Below are positions 49,765-62,472 of a DNA stretch of 64,000 nucleotides, one piece after another. Both the position numbers and the translations under genes were made by a program. Position 1 is the first letter of the stretch; each line of letters starts with the position of its first letter. The notes beneath the pieces were generated by a model. The model made no database searches. It worked only from the letters and a program-made list of their open reading frames with translations, and had not been told where the DNA came from. The stretch comes from Dictyostelium discoideum (Eukaryota): NCBI GenBank assembly GCA_000004695.1, contig CM000152.2:256001-320000 (forward strand), given 5' to 3'.

Positions 49765-50032
49765 TAATAATCATTTCATTCATTCATTCTTCCATTCATC
49801 CATCCATTGATAAATTATTAACATATTTTGAAAAGTGTAAAATTTAATTTTTTTTTTTTTTCATTGCAAGTGATGATCACTTTTTTTTTTTTTTTTTTTT
49901 TTTTTTTGAATGGAATTGAATGATTGATTATTATTATTATTGATTATTTAACATTGATAATTACTTGATCTATCAGCATTCCATGCGTGAGCAGTAATGC
50001 AACTTGCTAAATGTTCAATTTCGAAAGCTGAC
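48397..50032 (-). CDS. arcA: Actin-related protein 2/3 complex subunit 1 (ARPC1/p41, WD40), 3 exons (about 49963-50032, 49529-49608, 48397-49350)
   Basis: Product is [23 protein letters not shown]/(R)[110 protein letters not shown].... This matches human ARPC1 ([22 protein letters not shown]...[30 protein letters not shown]). Donors are GTAATT and GTGAGT. Intron 1 carries a (TAA)27 microsatellite. Confidence 0.9.
49684..49770. repeat. Intronic (TAA)n microsatellite (~27 units) in arcA intron 1
   Basis: Perfect aat/taa repeat at 49684-49770. Confidence 0.9.
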
Positions 50033-50839
50033 ATTTTTAATTATTTTTTTTATTTTTTTTTTAAAATATTATATATAAAAAAGGTGATTTTAATATGGAA
50101 AAAAAAAATATGAGGTGGAATATAATACAATGTTTTTTATTTAATTTTTACAAGGGTTTACACTATAATTGATTTGTTTTAATTTTTTATTGATTAAGTA
50201 AAAAAAAAACAAACACACAAATCTTATATAGTTTATAATTTGGATAATTAAAAAAAAAAAAAAAAAATTTTAAAAAAAAAAAGATATTAAAAAAAAAAAA
50301 AAAAATTTTTAAAAAAAAAAAAAAAAAAAAAAATTTATTGAAAAAAAAAAAATAAACCCAATTTTTTAGAGCCACTCATTTTTCATATAAAGATTTGCAC
50401 TCCATATTTTTTACAAAAAAAAAAAAAAAAAAAAAAAAAAAATAAAAAAAAAATAAAAAAAAAAAAAAAAAAAAAAAATAAAATAAAAATTCTCTTTCTA
50501 GCGAAAAGAAGTTCACGGTTATAAATGAAAATAGTAATAATAAAAAAAAAAAAAAAAAAAAAAACAAACAAATAAATAAATAAAATTCTTTAAAAAAAAA
50601 AAAATTAATCATTACAATTTTGATTTTAAACCTTTTATTTTTCATTTTTTTTTTTATTTATTTTTTTTTTTTTAGTCACTGATTGAATTTCATTAAAAAG
50701 TCAAAACACACAATATTAAATTTTGATGACACCCAAAAAAAGTTAAAAAAAAAATTGAAAAATGAAAAATTTTGTGTTTTTTTTTTTTTTAAAAAAATTT
50801 CATTTTTCAATTTGTTGTGTATATATATAAATAAACTTT

Positions 50840-51279
50840 TTTAAAAAAAATGAAGTATGGATTTACAATAATTCAATCACCTTTTTTTTATATTTTATAA
50901 AATTAATTAATTAATAAATGAATAAATATAAATATATATATATATGATATATTAATATAAATTTCATAAATAATAATTATTATATTTATATAGGCGTCCA
51001 TCAACTCAAAGAGCACCAGCAACTGTCAACAAAGGTGGTAACAGTATGATGAAATTTTACTCTGAAGATGCTATTGGTTTAAAAGTGTATGTATTTATTT
51101 TAATTTATCATTTATATTATTAATTTTACTAACAAATAATTAATTTTTTTTTTTTTTAAAAAAAAATAAAAAAAAATAAAAAAAAATTCAGTGGTCCAAC
51201 TGCTGTTCTTTTTATGAGTTTAATTTTTATTGCTTTTGTCATTATTTTACACATCATGGGAAAATACACCAGATCATAG
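50840..51279 (+). CDS. sec61b: Sec61 beta subunit (protein translocon; tail-anchored), 3 exons including a 5-nt initiator micro-exon (50840-50844; ~50994-51086; ~51192-51279)
   Basis: ATGAA is followed by GTATGG. After a ...tatatag acceptor exon 2 reads (K)RPSTQRAPATVNKGGNSMMKFYSEDAIGLKV then GTATGT. After ...aattcag exon 3 reads (V)GPTAVLFMSLIFIAFVIILHIMGKYTRS and a stop. This is the Sec61beta signature ([42 protein letters not shown]). Phases are consistent (2, then 2). Confidence 0.8.
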
Positions 51280-51680
51280 ATTAACAAATACTATATAGGT
51301 TGATGTAAAAAAGAAAAAAAAAATAGTAATAAACGGAATAAAACTTTAAAGAATAAAAAAAAAAAAAAAAAAATTAAAAAAATAAAAAAAGATTAAAAAA
51401 AAAAAAAATATACATATATCTTATGTATAAGATATAAAAGTTTATTCGTTTTTGGTTTTTTATCTTTAAAAATTTGGACTATTTTTTAAATAAATATCTA
51501 AATTTTAGGCACAGAAAAAAAAAAAAGACAGAGGAAAAAACTGCTTAAATAATGGATTTTTGTGAAAATATGTCTATCCTTCTTCCCCTCCCCAACATAA
51601 AGTATCAATTATTCACTTCAAACACTTGTTTTTTTTCTAATTTTGTTTTTGGACTTGGAGTGTTGTCGTACTTCCAGCAT

Positions 51681-51769
51681 TTATTTTTGATGGCTTTGTT
51701 CTTCAAGTTCCATTTCTTCATCGTCATCATCATAGTCACAACCATAATCATCACCATCACCATCATCAC

Positions 51770-51826
<57 letters not shown>

Positions 51827-51871
51827 CATAATCATCACCATCATCATCATCATAATCATCACCATCATCAC

Positions 51872-51902
<31 letters not shown>

Positions 51903-53046
51903 TTTATTATAAACATTATCATAATAATAGTAATCATTTTCACTTTCATCTTGGTATTGTTGTTGTTCCATTTTTATTTGATTTTTTAAATTTGATTCTA
52001 TAATTCTTTCAGAATTTATTAATTTTAATAATGAATTTGGTGGTTTTTTAAAATGATCAATTGGTTCTAAAGTTGAATCTTTTCTTTTAAAATGATTTAA
52101 AGCGTCAAATGTTAATTTATTAATTCTAATTGGTTGATAAGAGATTGCAAAAGAGTTTGCGATATAAGGTTGATTCGAAGAGATTCTATTGAAAATAGTG
52201 GTTACTAAAGATGTAATTGATTCTTGATTTGTTAAATCTGCAAATTGATAACTTATTTTCAATTTCTTTAAAACTATTTCCAATTCTTCATTTTCAATAG
52301 CCATTAATTCATTTAAGTCCTCTTTTGAACCTATAACTGTAATTTTACACATTGAATAATACTCAATATCAATTTCACTCTCTAATAAAAATGATTTTAT
52401 AAATCCCCAACTTTCTCTACTAGTTATATCAAATAAACATATTATAAAATCAAATTCTTTTTTTTCAAAATAATCAACATCACTATCATCACTATCATCA
52501 CTATCATCATCACTATCACTATCACTATCATCACTACCATCACCATCACCATAACCATCACCATCACCATCACCATCACCATCACCATCACTATCACCAT
52601 CACCATCACCATCACCATCACCATCACCATCACCATCATCATCATCATCATCATCATCATCACTATCATCATCATCACTATCATCATTACCACCATCTTC
52701 TTTATTATCATTTACTTTTTTGTTATTATCATCATCTACTTTTTTATTACCATCTACTTCTTTATTTGAGATGAATTTAGATGTGGATATTCTGAATGTT
52801 TTTTTAAGTTAGAATAAATTATATTTTTATTTTTTTAATTGTTTGTTATATATGAGTGTGTTTATATAGTTACATATGTAGATTATATTTTATTTTTGCT
52901 TCTGTGACTTTGGTTATTTGAGAATCTGCATATGCATAACTGAATTTTTGACGGTTTAATACAGAAGGGTGAGAATAAAGTGCATTTGAAAGTGTTGTTT
53001 TTCCAGTTCCTTTATCACCAATTATTAAAATATTTAGATCGCTCAT
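51681..53046 (-). CDS. Atypical small GTPase-like protein with an Asp/Gly (DG, polyD) low-complexity insert of about 150 residues; 2 exons (~52871-53046; 51681 to ~52805)
   Basis: Exon 1 encodes MSDLNILIIGDKGTGKTTLSNALYSHPSVLNRQKF... (P-loop GxxxxGKT), with a GTAACT donor at ~52870. Exon 2 starts after ...acattcag and encodes ...NKKVDDD...(DG/D)n...KKEFDFIICLFDITSRESWGFIKSFLLESEIDIEYYSMCKITVIGSKEDL...(a Ras-like ...YDITsreSF... and NKxD-like SKED), then a second acidic tail. No DTAGQ switch-II motif is evident. Confidence 0.55.
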
Positions 53047-53086
53047 ATATATAAATATGAACATGAATAATTAGTAAAATTTTTTG

Positions 53087-53119
<33 letters not shown>

Positions 53120-53380
53120 TGAAAAAAAAAAAAAAAAAAAATTAAAAAAAAATATGACATTGTTTATTTTTAGATGTCAAAAAAAAAAAAATATCCGCCT
53201 CATCCCCACTTTATTTTTAAATTAATCATTTTAAAATATTATATTAGATTTTTTTATTTTTTTTTTATTTTTTATTTTTTATTTTTATTATTTATTTAAA
53301 TAAATATTATTATTTTTTTATAGCACATATTTTATTCTTGTTTTTTGATTTTATTTTTTTTTTTTTTGATTTTATTTTTT

Positions 53381-53989
53381 TTAATGTAAAACTAATGCAC
53401 CAGTATTGGTGTAACCACTTGGACCAAATTTAGATTGATAACATCTTGGACAATAAATTAAACCTTCTTTTTCACTGTATTGACCACTTACTAAGTTTTT
53501 ATTACATGAGAAACAAGCGAAACAACTAATATTTATTTTATATTTTATATTTTTATTTTTTGATTAATAAATTTTTTTTTTTTTTTTTTGATTTTTATTT
53601 TTGAAAATAAATTGAAATAAATAAATAAATAAAAAGTACATACGTCTTATGCCAATCACGAGAGTTATAAACTTTAAGTTCATTAAAGTATGCTTTCTTA
53701 CCACATTTTGGACAATTGGTTGGGAATAATTGAACTTTAACTTCTTCAGTTGGTGTTAAAAAAGTTGGAGGTGGGGTTGGTTCGACTGGAGTTGTAGTTT
53801 CAACTTTTGGTGCTGGTTCAAAACTGTCTGCAACAACACCACCACCTCTGTAACCTGCTTGTCTAAATAATCTATCATAATCCTATTATTTGTTTTTGTT
53901 TTTGTTTTTGTTTTTTTTGTTTTTATTTTTTTCATTTAAAAAATTTGTTATTTCATTAGTAAATAATTGTTTTAAAATTCTTTTTTTTT

Positions 53990-54041
<52 letters not shown>

Positions 54042-54345
54042 ATAATTTACAGTTTTGCAATATGGTTGACCATCACGTTCAGAGTACTAAATAAAAATAA
54101 AAATAAAAATAAAAATAAAAATAAAAATAAAAAATGTTAGCGATTTATTTTTATTTTTTTTATTTTTTTTTTTTATTTATTTTTTTTTTTTTAATTAAAA
54201 TGATTGTGATACTTACTTGACCTAATTGAAGGATTTTATGACAATGGAAACATTGAAGACATAATTTATGATATTGTTTTTCACATGCTTTAACAGCTTC
54301 AGCTGCATAAACTCTTTTAGTGCATGTTGGACAGATAGAACTCAT
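53381..54345 (-). CDS. LIM-domain protein (two LIM zinc-finger domains, CRP/Lim-family-like), 4 exons (about 54211-54345, 54039-54074, 53645-53874, 53381-53525)
   Basis: Product is MSSICPTCTKRVYAAEAVKACEKQYHKLCLQCFHCHKILQLGQ/YSERDGQPYCKT/DYDRLFRQAGYRGGG...PTFLTPTEEVKVQLFPTNCPKCGKKAYFNELKVYNSRDWHKT/CFACFSCNKNLVSGQYSEKEGLIYCPRCYQSKFGPSGYTNTGALVLH. Each LIM domain has CxxC...HxxC...CxxC...C spacing. Donors are GTAAGT, GTAAAT and GTATGT. Confidence 0.8.
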
Positions 54346-54703
54346 TTTTTTATTAAGAATAAGTTATAATAATGACAGATAAATAAAAAAAAAAAAAAAT
54401 AAAATTGATTTTGATTTTTTTTTTTTTTTTTTTTTTTTAATTTTTAATTTTTTTTATTAATATTTTGATTTTTTTTAGCGATGTTTTTGATGAAAAATTT
54501 ATCCCACCAAAAGCCATTTTTTTATTTTTTTTTTATTTTTTTTTTTTTTTTTTTTTTAGCGATGTTTTATTTGTGAAAATATTCAAAGAAAAATGCTATT
54601 TGATCAAGAATAATCCTCTTTGCACTTTTTTGTTTATGCACAAAGTCATAATTTATTTGAAAATCATATTATTAATATTACTTTTTAAAAAAAAAGTGTT
54701 CCG

Positions 54704-54734
<31 letters not shown>

Positions 54735-55160
54735 AGTTCACATTAAATAATTGAAAAGTTTTAAAACTAAAATTAAAACTAAAATTTTTTATCATTGGAA
54801 TTGTTTATTTTTATGCGAAGTTAATAATAATAATAAAAAAAAAATATAACTTTTGGTTAAAAAAAAAAAAAAAAAAAAATACAATCATTTTATGTTTTTT
54901 GAGTGCTCTATTTTCAAAAACTAAATTCTTAATGTATTATAACTATTTAAATCAATTAGTAATTAGTAGTATTGCATTTGGTTCATTAACAATCCCAATT
55001 TTTGATTTTTAAAGTTTTTTTTAACCTTTTTCAAAAGATTCCAATTCATTTTCAATTAAAAGTATACATTCAATTTATACACTTTTTCAATGACTTTTTT
55101 TTTTTATTCACTTTTTTTTTTTTTTTTTTTTCACTTTTTTTTATTTTATTTTAAATAAAG

Positions 55161-55662
55161 ATGTCCAACACAGATTCTTGGAGAGTTGAGTTATTAATTG
55201 AAGAAAAATTGAAAATAGCATTGTTGTGTTCAAAAGTAAGATATATATAGTATTACAAATACCTATTAATTATTTATATTAATGATGATGTATTAGTTTA
55301 TAGATTCAATAAATGAAGATCTTGAAGAAATAATTGAAAGCATATCAATGCTTCAAACTCGAGATACTTTAATTCAAAAATATATCATTGAAATGGAAAA
55401 TCCACAAATTAACAATACTAATAATAATAATGATATTAATAATAATAATGATATTAATAATAATAATAATGATGATGATGATGATAGTGATGATAATATA
55501 AAAACAAATACATTACTCTTAGACTACCATACGAAAAATGATACTGATAGCAATGCAACTAACAATGATAACAAAGACACCAACAGTGATAATGATAATA
55601 ATAAACAACTTGATCAAGAAATGCAGGATATTAAATCAATTAATGAAAATAATGATAAATAG
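55161..55662 (+). CDS. Small hypothetical acidic/Asn-rich protein, 2 exons (55161-55235; ~55297-55662)
   Basis: MSNTDSWRVELLIEEKLKIALLCSK is followed by GTAAGA at 55236. The ...gtattag acceptor at ~55296 leads in frame into FIDSINEDLEEIIESISMLQTRDTLIQKYIIEMENPQINN...(N/D-rich tail). The N-terminal 60 aa could form a short helical or coiled-coil module. Confidence 0.5.
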
Positions 55663-55964
55663 TCAATAGAAATAAATGTACACAAACACACAATTAGAAA
55701 TGGAACCAAACAAACAACAAATTGAACTTCTTATTATTATTATTACTATTATGGTAGACATTTAGTTTTTTAATGATCCAATTATACAAACAACAAGTGA
55801 TCACTCTATAATATGTTATCAAATCAATATTTATTTTATTTTAAATCATTTAATTTAGTGAAGATAATTAGTATTGGTAATAGAAAAACACACTAACACA
55901 CAAATACACACTTCAAATAAATATATTTGAAAATAAAAATAAAATATTGTATTACACAACTCTT

Positions 55965-55974
<10 letters not shown>

Positions 55975-56020
<46 letters not shown>

Positions 56021-56028
56021 AAGTTCAT
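55975..56028. repeat. (TTTA)12 microsatellite at the 3' end of the 56009-57085 gene
   Basis: Sequence is tattatttatttatttatttatttatttatttatttatttatttattta. Confidence 0.85.
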
Positions 56029-57085
56029 TAATAATTGGTAAAATATTTTTATCAATATCATTATCATTTTGTGGGGTTGGAATATCATTGATTTGGAATA
56101 GATACCATTTTTCAGTTAAAAGTTGTACAAAAGGTGTTGATGTTTTAATTCTTGATGGTGATGAGACATCGATTGGTGGTGATAATGGTGGTGTTGGTTC
56201 TAAAGTTAATAATTTACCAACAGTTTCTAATTCTAAAATGTCATCATCAGTGTAAACCTCAACATTTGCACCAAGATCAACTTGTAAATCTTTGGTATCT
56301 GTATCAATGATTTTTACAAATAATGTTGAATTAGTGATTGATGCACTCCAACCACTATTAACACGTGAGCCAATTTTATTTGAACCAATGTTTTCCAATG
56401 ATTTATCTTGTTGTTGAACCATGATATATTTATTACCAAGTGTGATTCTTGGGTCTTGAAGTTTGGTATAGTTCCATAATGAAATTGATGTTTTTGGAAG
56501 TAACCCATTTGCAGAATCATTAGAGAGGGGAATGATTGCCTTTGTGTCTTTTGTCATAACTGAGATTGCCCATGGTGCACATTGGATTGGCCAAATTCCT
56601 TTATTCTCTAGGTAATGGTTGACTTGGATATACGATAATCTGCTACCATCACCAACACTACCACCACCACCACCACCACCACCTTCTTTAATCTCCAATG
56701 TGATGGTTTTCTTCACACCTGTTAAATGCTCGATGGCTTGTCTCATTATAACCATTGTACCATCATTTACAATTTCAATTTGAATTGGTTGATTATCTGG
56801 ATAATAAGTTCTACCTGCACATTCTGGTGCGTGCCATAAACGATGTCCACCGAAAAGATTCCATTGATCATTCAATGAAGAATGATTACCTTCACCACCA
56901 ATAGTTGATGGTGTTGATAGTGTTGATAAATTATGAGATTTCATTCCAAAAATTGATTGATTATCATTATACGATAATGATAAAACTCTTGGTCCAACAT
57001 CTTGAGTAATTATTAATTTAAAATGATTCCATGTAATTTTAAAACAATTTTTAAATCCTTGGAATTCAATTTTTTCAATTGTCAT
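56009..57085 (-). CDS. Hypothetical protein (358 aa); ordinary composition, no domain recognised from memory (contains ...GGHRLWHAPE... and a GGGGGGGG linker)
   Basis: Clean single ORF with an ATG start (MTIEKIEFQGFKNCF...), mostly non-repetitive sequence and a beta-rich character. Confidence 0.6.
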
Positions 57086-57758
57086 TTTTTTTTTTTATTT
57101 TTTATTTTTTATTGGTAATCTTATTATTTTTTTTTTATTATTTTTTTTTATTATTATTGTTTTATTTTGTGTGTGAGAAATTAAAAAATTAAAAAATAAA
57201 AATTAAAAAAAAAACATGAACTCACTTTAATTTTTTTTTTTTTTTTTTGTTTTTATTTTTAATAATCATTTTTAAATCATTTTTAAATTTTTTTTTGTTT
57301 TTACTTTTAAATCATTTTTAAAATTTTTTTTTTTTTGTTTTATTTTTTTATTTTTTTATTTTTTTTTTATTTTTTTTTTTTATTTTTAGCACACCCCAAT
57401 CATTTTTAATGGGGGTGGTGGATTCTGAAAATTTAAATTAAAATAAAAAATAAAAAATAAATTAAAAAATTAAAAAAACAAATAAAAAAAAAAATAATAA
57501 ATAATTAAATTATATAGATTAATATATTAATTTAACTTTAATATATTTTCGTTTTTCCAACACTTACAAAAATTAAAAAAATCTTTTTTTCTTTTTTTTT
57601 TTTTTAATTTTTTTTTTTTTTTTTTTTTTATGAGCGACTCGTTTGTAGGATTTTTTAACAGTTTTCAAAAAAAAAAAAAAAAAAAAAAACTATTTTTTAT
57701 TTTTTTTTTTTTTTTACTTTTATTTTTTTTTTTTTTTTTTTAAAAATACATTTATAGA

Positions 57759-58112
57759 ATGGTTTTAGCATCAGTTACATGTACTGCACCAGTTAATATT
57801 GCAGTTATCAAATATTGGGGAAAGAGAGATGAAAATATTATTTTACCATTAAATTCATCACTCAGTGGAACTTTACATCAAGATGACCTCAAGACAACAA
57901 CAACTATTGTTGCATCAGAAGATTACACTGAAGATGAACTTTACTTAAATGGAAAGTAAGTTTTTTTTTTTTTTTTTTTTTTTCATTTTTTTTTTTTTCA
58001 TTTTTTTTTTTTTTCTAAAAAAGTTAAAAATAAATATTAATATTTAATTATCTATACCCCCCTCCTCATTCCATCACCCTCAACTCATTCAATTCCTTAT
58101 TCAATTTATAAA

Positions 58113-58158
<46 letters not shown>

Positions 58159-59215
58159 TAATTTTTAAAATTTATTATAATTATTTTAAATAATAATAAA
58201 TTTAATTTAATTAAATTTATTATTAAATTTAAATAGAAAAGAAGATATTAATGCAGTTAGATATCAAAATGTTTTAAAAATGATTAGATCAAGAGCAACA
58301 AAATTAATGGATAAAAAACATTGTGTACATATTGCATCAATTAATAATTTCCCAACAGCAGCAGGATTAGCATCAAGTGCAAGTGGATATTGTTGTTTAG
58401 TATTTACATTGGCACAAATGTATGGTGTCGATGGTGATATTAGTGGTATTGCAAGATTGGGATCAGGTAGTGCATGCAGATCAATGTATGGTGGATTTGT
58501 TAAATGGGAGATGGGCACCAAAGACGATGGTTCCGACTCGATTGCAGTTCAAGTGCAACCAGAATCACACTGGCCAGACATGAACATCATCGTATTGGTT
58601 GTCAACGATAAGAAGAAGGAGACATCAAGCACTGATGGCATGCAAAAGAGTGCTGCCACCTCGGTGATGATGAAGGAGCGTTGTGCAGTCACTGTACCAA
58701 ATAGAATGAGAGATATCGAGGAGGCAATCAACAAGAAGGATTTCCAAACCTTTGGAGACATCACCATGAAAGATTCCGACGACTTCCACGAAGTTTGCGC
58801 CACCACCACACCACCAATCTACTATCTCAACGACACCTCTCGTTACATCATGAATTTAATTCACCGTTATAATAAACTCAGTGGTTCCATTAAATGTGCC
58901 TACACATTTGATGCTGGCCCCAACGCTTGTATCTACTTACCTGCTGAAAGCACCACTGAGGTACTCTCACTCTTTATGAAACATTTCCCTGGTGATGATA
59001 TGCAAACCTATTATCGTGGTCCAAAGGAAAACATTCCATCAATTGAAAATTTCGTTCCATCTGAAAAATTAGCTTCCCTCTACACTCCAGATACTACCTT
59101 TGTTAATTCTCTCAAATATATCCTTCATACTAAAGTTGGTCCAGGTCCACAAATCTTATCAGAATCTGAATCTTTAATTGATAATACAACTGGTTTACCA
59201 AAACAATTAAATTAA
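57759..59215 (+). CDS. mvd: Diphosphomevalonate (mevalonate pyrophosphate) decarboxylase, GHMP kinase superfamily; 2 exons (57759-57955; ~58237-59215)
   Basis: Exon 1 encodes [25 protein letters not shown]...LYLNGK and ends in GTAAGT with phase 2. An AT-rich intron of ~280 nt carries an (AAT)n run. After ...aaatag exon 2 encodes [18 protein letters not shown]...[27 protein letters not shown]...[16 protein letters not shown]..., the invariant MVD motifs. Confidence 0.92.
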
Positions 59216-59449
59216 AATTCAAATAATAAAAATAAAAATAAAAAATAAAAATAAAAAAATAATAATAATTAATAATAAATAAATAAATAAATAATAATTA
59301 CTATTATAAATTATTTTTATATATATTTATTTTATTTTTATTTTTATTTTTTTTAAAACAAAATTTAATTAATTATATTGGTTTCTTTTGAAATAAATAA
59401 TTATAAATAATTAAAATAATAATACTAATAATTATATTTTATTAATTTC

Positions 59450-59488
<39 letters not shown>

Positions 59489-59860
59489 AAAAAAATATTA
59501 AATATTATTATTCAGTAAAAAAAAAAAGAGAATAGAATATTTTTGTATCAATTAAAAATAGAAGAATACAGATAAAATAATTTGTCATTAAATATCTTTA
59601 TAAATCTGATGGTAAAAAAAAAAAAAATAAAGGCAATTAATTTGCTTTAACACTAAGTTTTTTTTTTTTTTTTTTTTTTAAATAAAGAAAATCTATTTTA
59701 TATCTATTATTATTATTTTATTATTTTTTTATTTTATTTTTATTTTTTTTATTTTTTTAAAAATTGGGTCATAATGGTTTTTGTTAAAAGGAACGGAGTG
59801 GAGGGTTGAATAAAAAATTAAAACCCAACACACAATCGTGCATAATTGGGATATTTTATG

Positions 59861-59899
<39 letters not shown>

Positions 59900-60045
59900 T
59901 TTTTATTTTTTTTTTATACATGTGAAATATTAATTTATTTTTAACTTTTTTTTTTTTATAGTTTTTTAAAACTTTTTTTTTTCATATAATATTTTTAGAT
60001 TTTCAGACTAATCACATATTTGAAAAAAAAAAAAAAAAAAAAAAA

Positions 60046-61868
60046 ATGAATACAATTAAATATTTATTATTAATAATTTTAATAATAAATTTATTAATAG
60101 TAATTTCAGTAAATGGTAATCAACTACAATCACAAATTAATCAATTTAGTTATTCAAATGTTACAATACCAAGTGAAAATTCGGATGATCCATGTTCATT
60201 TTGTACAGTAGGAAATGAAAATAATTATTATTGTCCATCACAAAAAACATGTATTACCGATTTAAATAGTGGTAATAGTAGTTGGCCAACTTGTAAAGGT
60301 GGTTATTGTAATTCCGATTCATGTCAATGTTATGCTCAATGTATGAATACAATTTGGCCATGTAGTAATACTGTCGTTGGTGATTTAATGTTAATGGCTG
60401 CTTATGGTGTATTATTAGCATTTGGTGCTAAATTCATTAGTGATGGTAGTGAAGGTTTAATGGAAGTAAGTTTTTAATAATAATAATAATAATAATAAAT
60501 TAAAATATGAAAAATATTAATATTAATTTTTGTATTTTTTTTGTTTCTGTTTTTTTTGAAAAGATTTTAGATCCAGGTTTAATTGGTGGTTTAGTTTTAC
60601 CAATTCTTTCAGCATTACCAGATGCAATTATTATTGTAGTTGCAGGTGCATTTGGTAGTAATCCACAAGCACAATTAAGTATTGGTATTGGTACATTAGC
60701 AGGTTCAACAATTATGTTGATGACAATTCCATGGTCATTAAGTTTAATACTTTCAAGATGTGATATTAGAGGTGGACAATCAGTTGATGGCACATTAACC
60801 AATAAGTTTAGTTTAACAAAAACTGGTACAACAGTTGATGATGATACACCAACCAATGCAAAAGTTATGATTTTGACAAGTATTAGTTATTTAATTGTTC
60901 AAGGTGTTGCATTTGCATACCTTAAAGATCCAGATAGTGGTAAATCTGTTGAAAAATGGTTTGCATTGGTTGGATTTATTGTGTGTTTTAGTTTGATGGC
61001 TGCATATTGCACCTATCAAGTAATTTCACCAAAATTACAAGAGAAAAAAATGACAGAAGCAAAGAGAAGTTATCTTCAAAAACGTATCATTCATCATTTC
61101 ATTCATAATTTAACAATAAAAAGAAATTTATTCCAAAAGGGTGATAATACTCAATCGCAATTAATTACTTCTGATCAGAATGGTAATGGTGAAAATTCAC
61201 CATTAATTTCAAATGAACATAAGAAATTACCAGTTGATATTAAAGCAATGGGTTTAAAATGGAAAAAGAATGCTCATGAACAAGCTATTCAACATCAACA
61301 ACAAGGTAGTAGTAATGGTGAAACTTCAATTCAAGTTGACGAAAATGATGAAAAAGAAGAAAAAGAAGAAGGTCCAATTAACAAGAAAAAGATTGCATTA
61401 CAATCTGCTGGTTATTTATTACTAGGTACTGCAATGGCATCAATTTTCTCTGATCCAATGGTTGATGTTATCACTAGTTTTGGTGAAAAATTAGATATTG
61501 GTTTATTCTATATCTCATTTATAATTACACCATTTTGTTCAAATGCATCAGAATTAATCTCTTCTTTAATTTTCTCTTCAAAGAAAAAGAAAGCAAATTC
61601 ATCACTATGTTATTCAGCTTTATATGGTAGTGCAACTATGAATTCTACACTTTGTCTTGGTATTTTCTTTGCTTTAGTATTCTTTAGAAATTTGACATGG
61701 GAATTCTCTGCTGAAGTTGTTTCCATCTTATTTGTTGTAGTTTCCGTTGGTCTTATAGGTTCAACTCAAAAAACTATGAAAACTTATTTAGCACCAATTG
61801 TATTATCTTTATATCCATTATCTTTATTATTAGTTTTCTTATTAGAAAAGTTTGCAAATTGGCAATAA
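60046..61868 (+). CDS. CaCA-superfamily cation/Ca2+ exchanger-like membrane protein (two alpha-repeat-like segments) with Cys-rich extracellular N-terminal domain; 2 exons (60046-60465; ~60564-61868)
   Basis: Exon 1 encodes a signal peptide plus a Cys-rich ectodomain, ends ...SEGLME, and is followed by GTAAGT. The ...gaaaag acceptor leads to ILDPGLIGGLVLPILSALPDAIIIVVAGAFGSNPQAQLSIGIGTLAGSTIMLMTIPW, an alpha-1-like G(S/T)NxPE-type repeat. Later ...FYISFIITPFCSNASELISSLIFSSK is alpha-2-like. About 10 TM helices surround a hydrophilic loop. Confidence 0.7.
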
Positions 61869-62472
61869 ATAAATAAATCTTCATTTTTTATTTTCTCTTT
61901 TTATAATTAAAAAAAAAAAAGTTTATTTGATTAAACTCATATTGTATTTAATTATATTTTTAATAAATCTTTATGTTTAAATAAAAATATAAATGAAAAA
62001 CAAAGGAGTAATTTTTATTATTAATATAATTATAAAAAAAAAATAATGTGGGTTAAAAAACACTTTTTTTTTTATTTTCTTCATTCCAACAATAATTGTC
62101 TCCACCAAATGTTTTGTTTTTTTTTTTTTTTTTTATTTAAATTTATTAATAATATTAATATTATTTGCACGTAAAAAAAGTTTAAAAATAGAAAACTTTT
62201 TAATCCACTTTAATTCCTATGTTTTTAAAATCTATTTTTATCATCACACACACTCACCAACCACAAAAAACATTGTACACAATATTGGAAAAAATTATTT
62301 ATTTATTTTTAATTATTATTTTTTTTTTTTATAATTTTTTTTTATTTATTTTGTATAAATAATATTTTTAAATCAAATACTTAATTTTTTTTTTTTTTTT
62401 ATATTAAAAAAATTAACCACCATATTACAAAATATACCCCTTTATTTATATATATATTTTTTTTATTAAACA

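Noticed and set aside
51552-52711. ORFs 51552-51989(+), 51605-51949(-), 52442-52711(-) with polyI, polyM and polyV/M products
   Set aside because: They are other frames of the gat/ggt hexamer repeats that encode the Asp/Gly insert of the GTPase-like gene. The in-frame acidic reading connects to conserved flanking sequence, and these do not.
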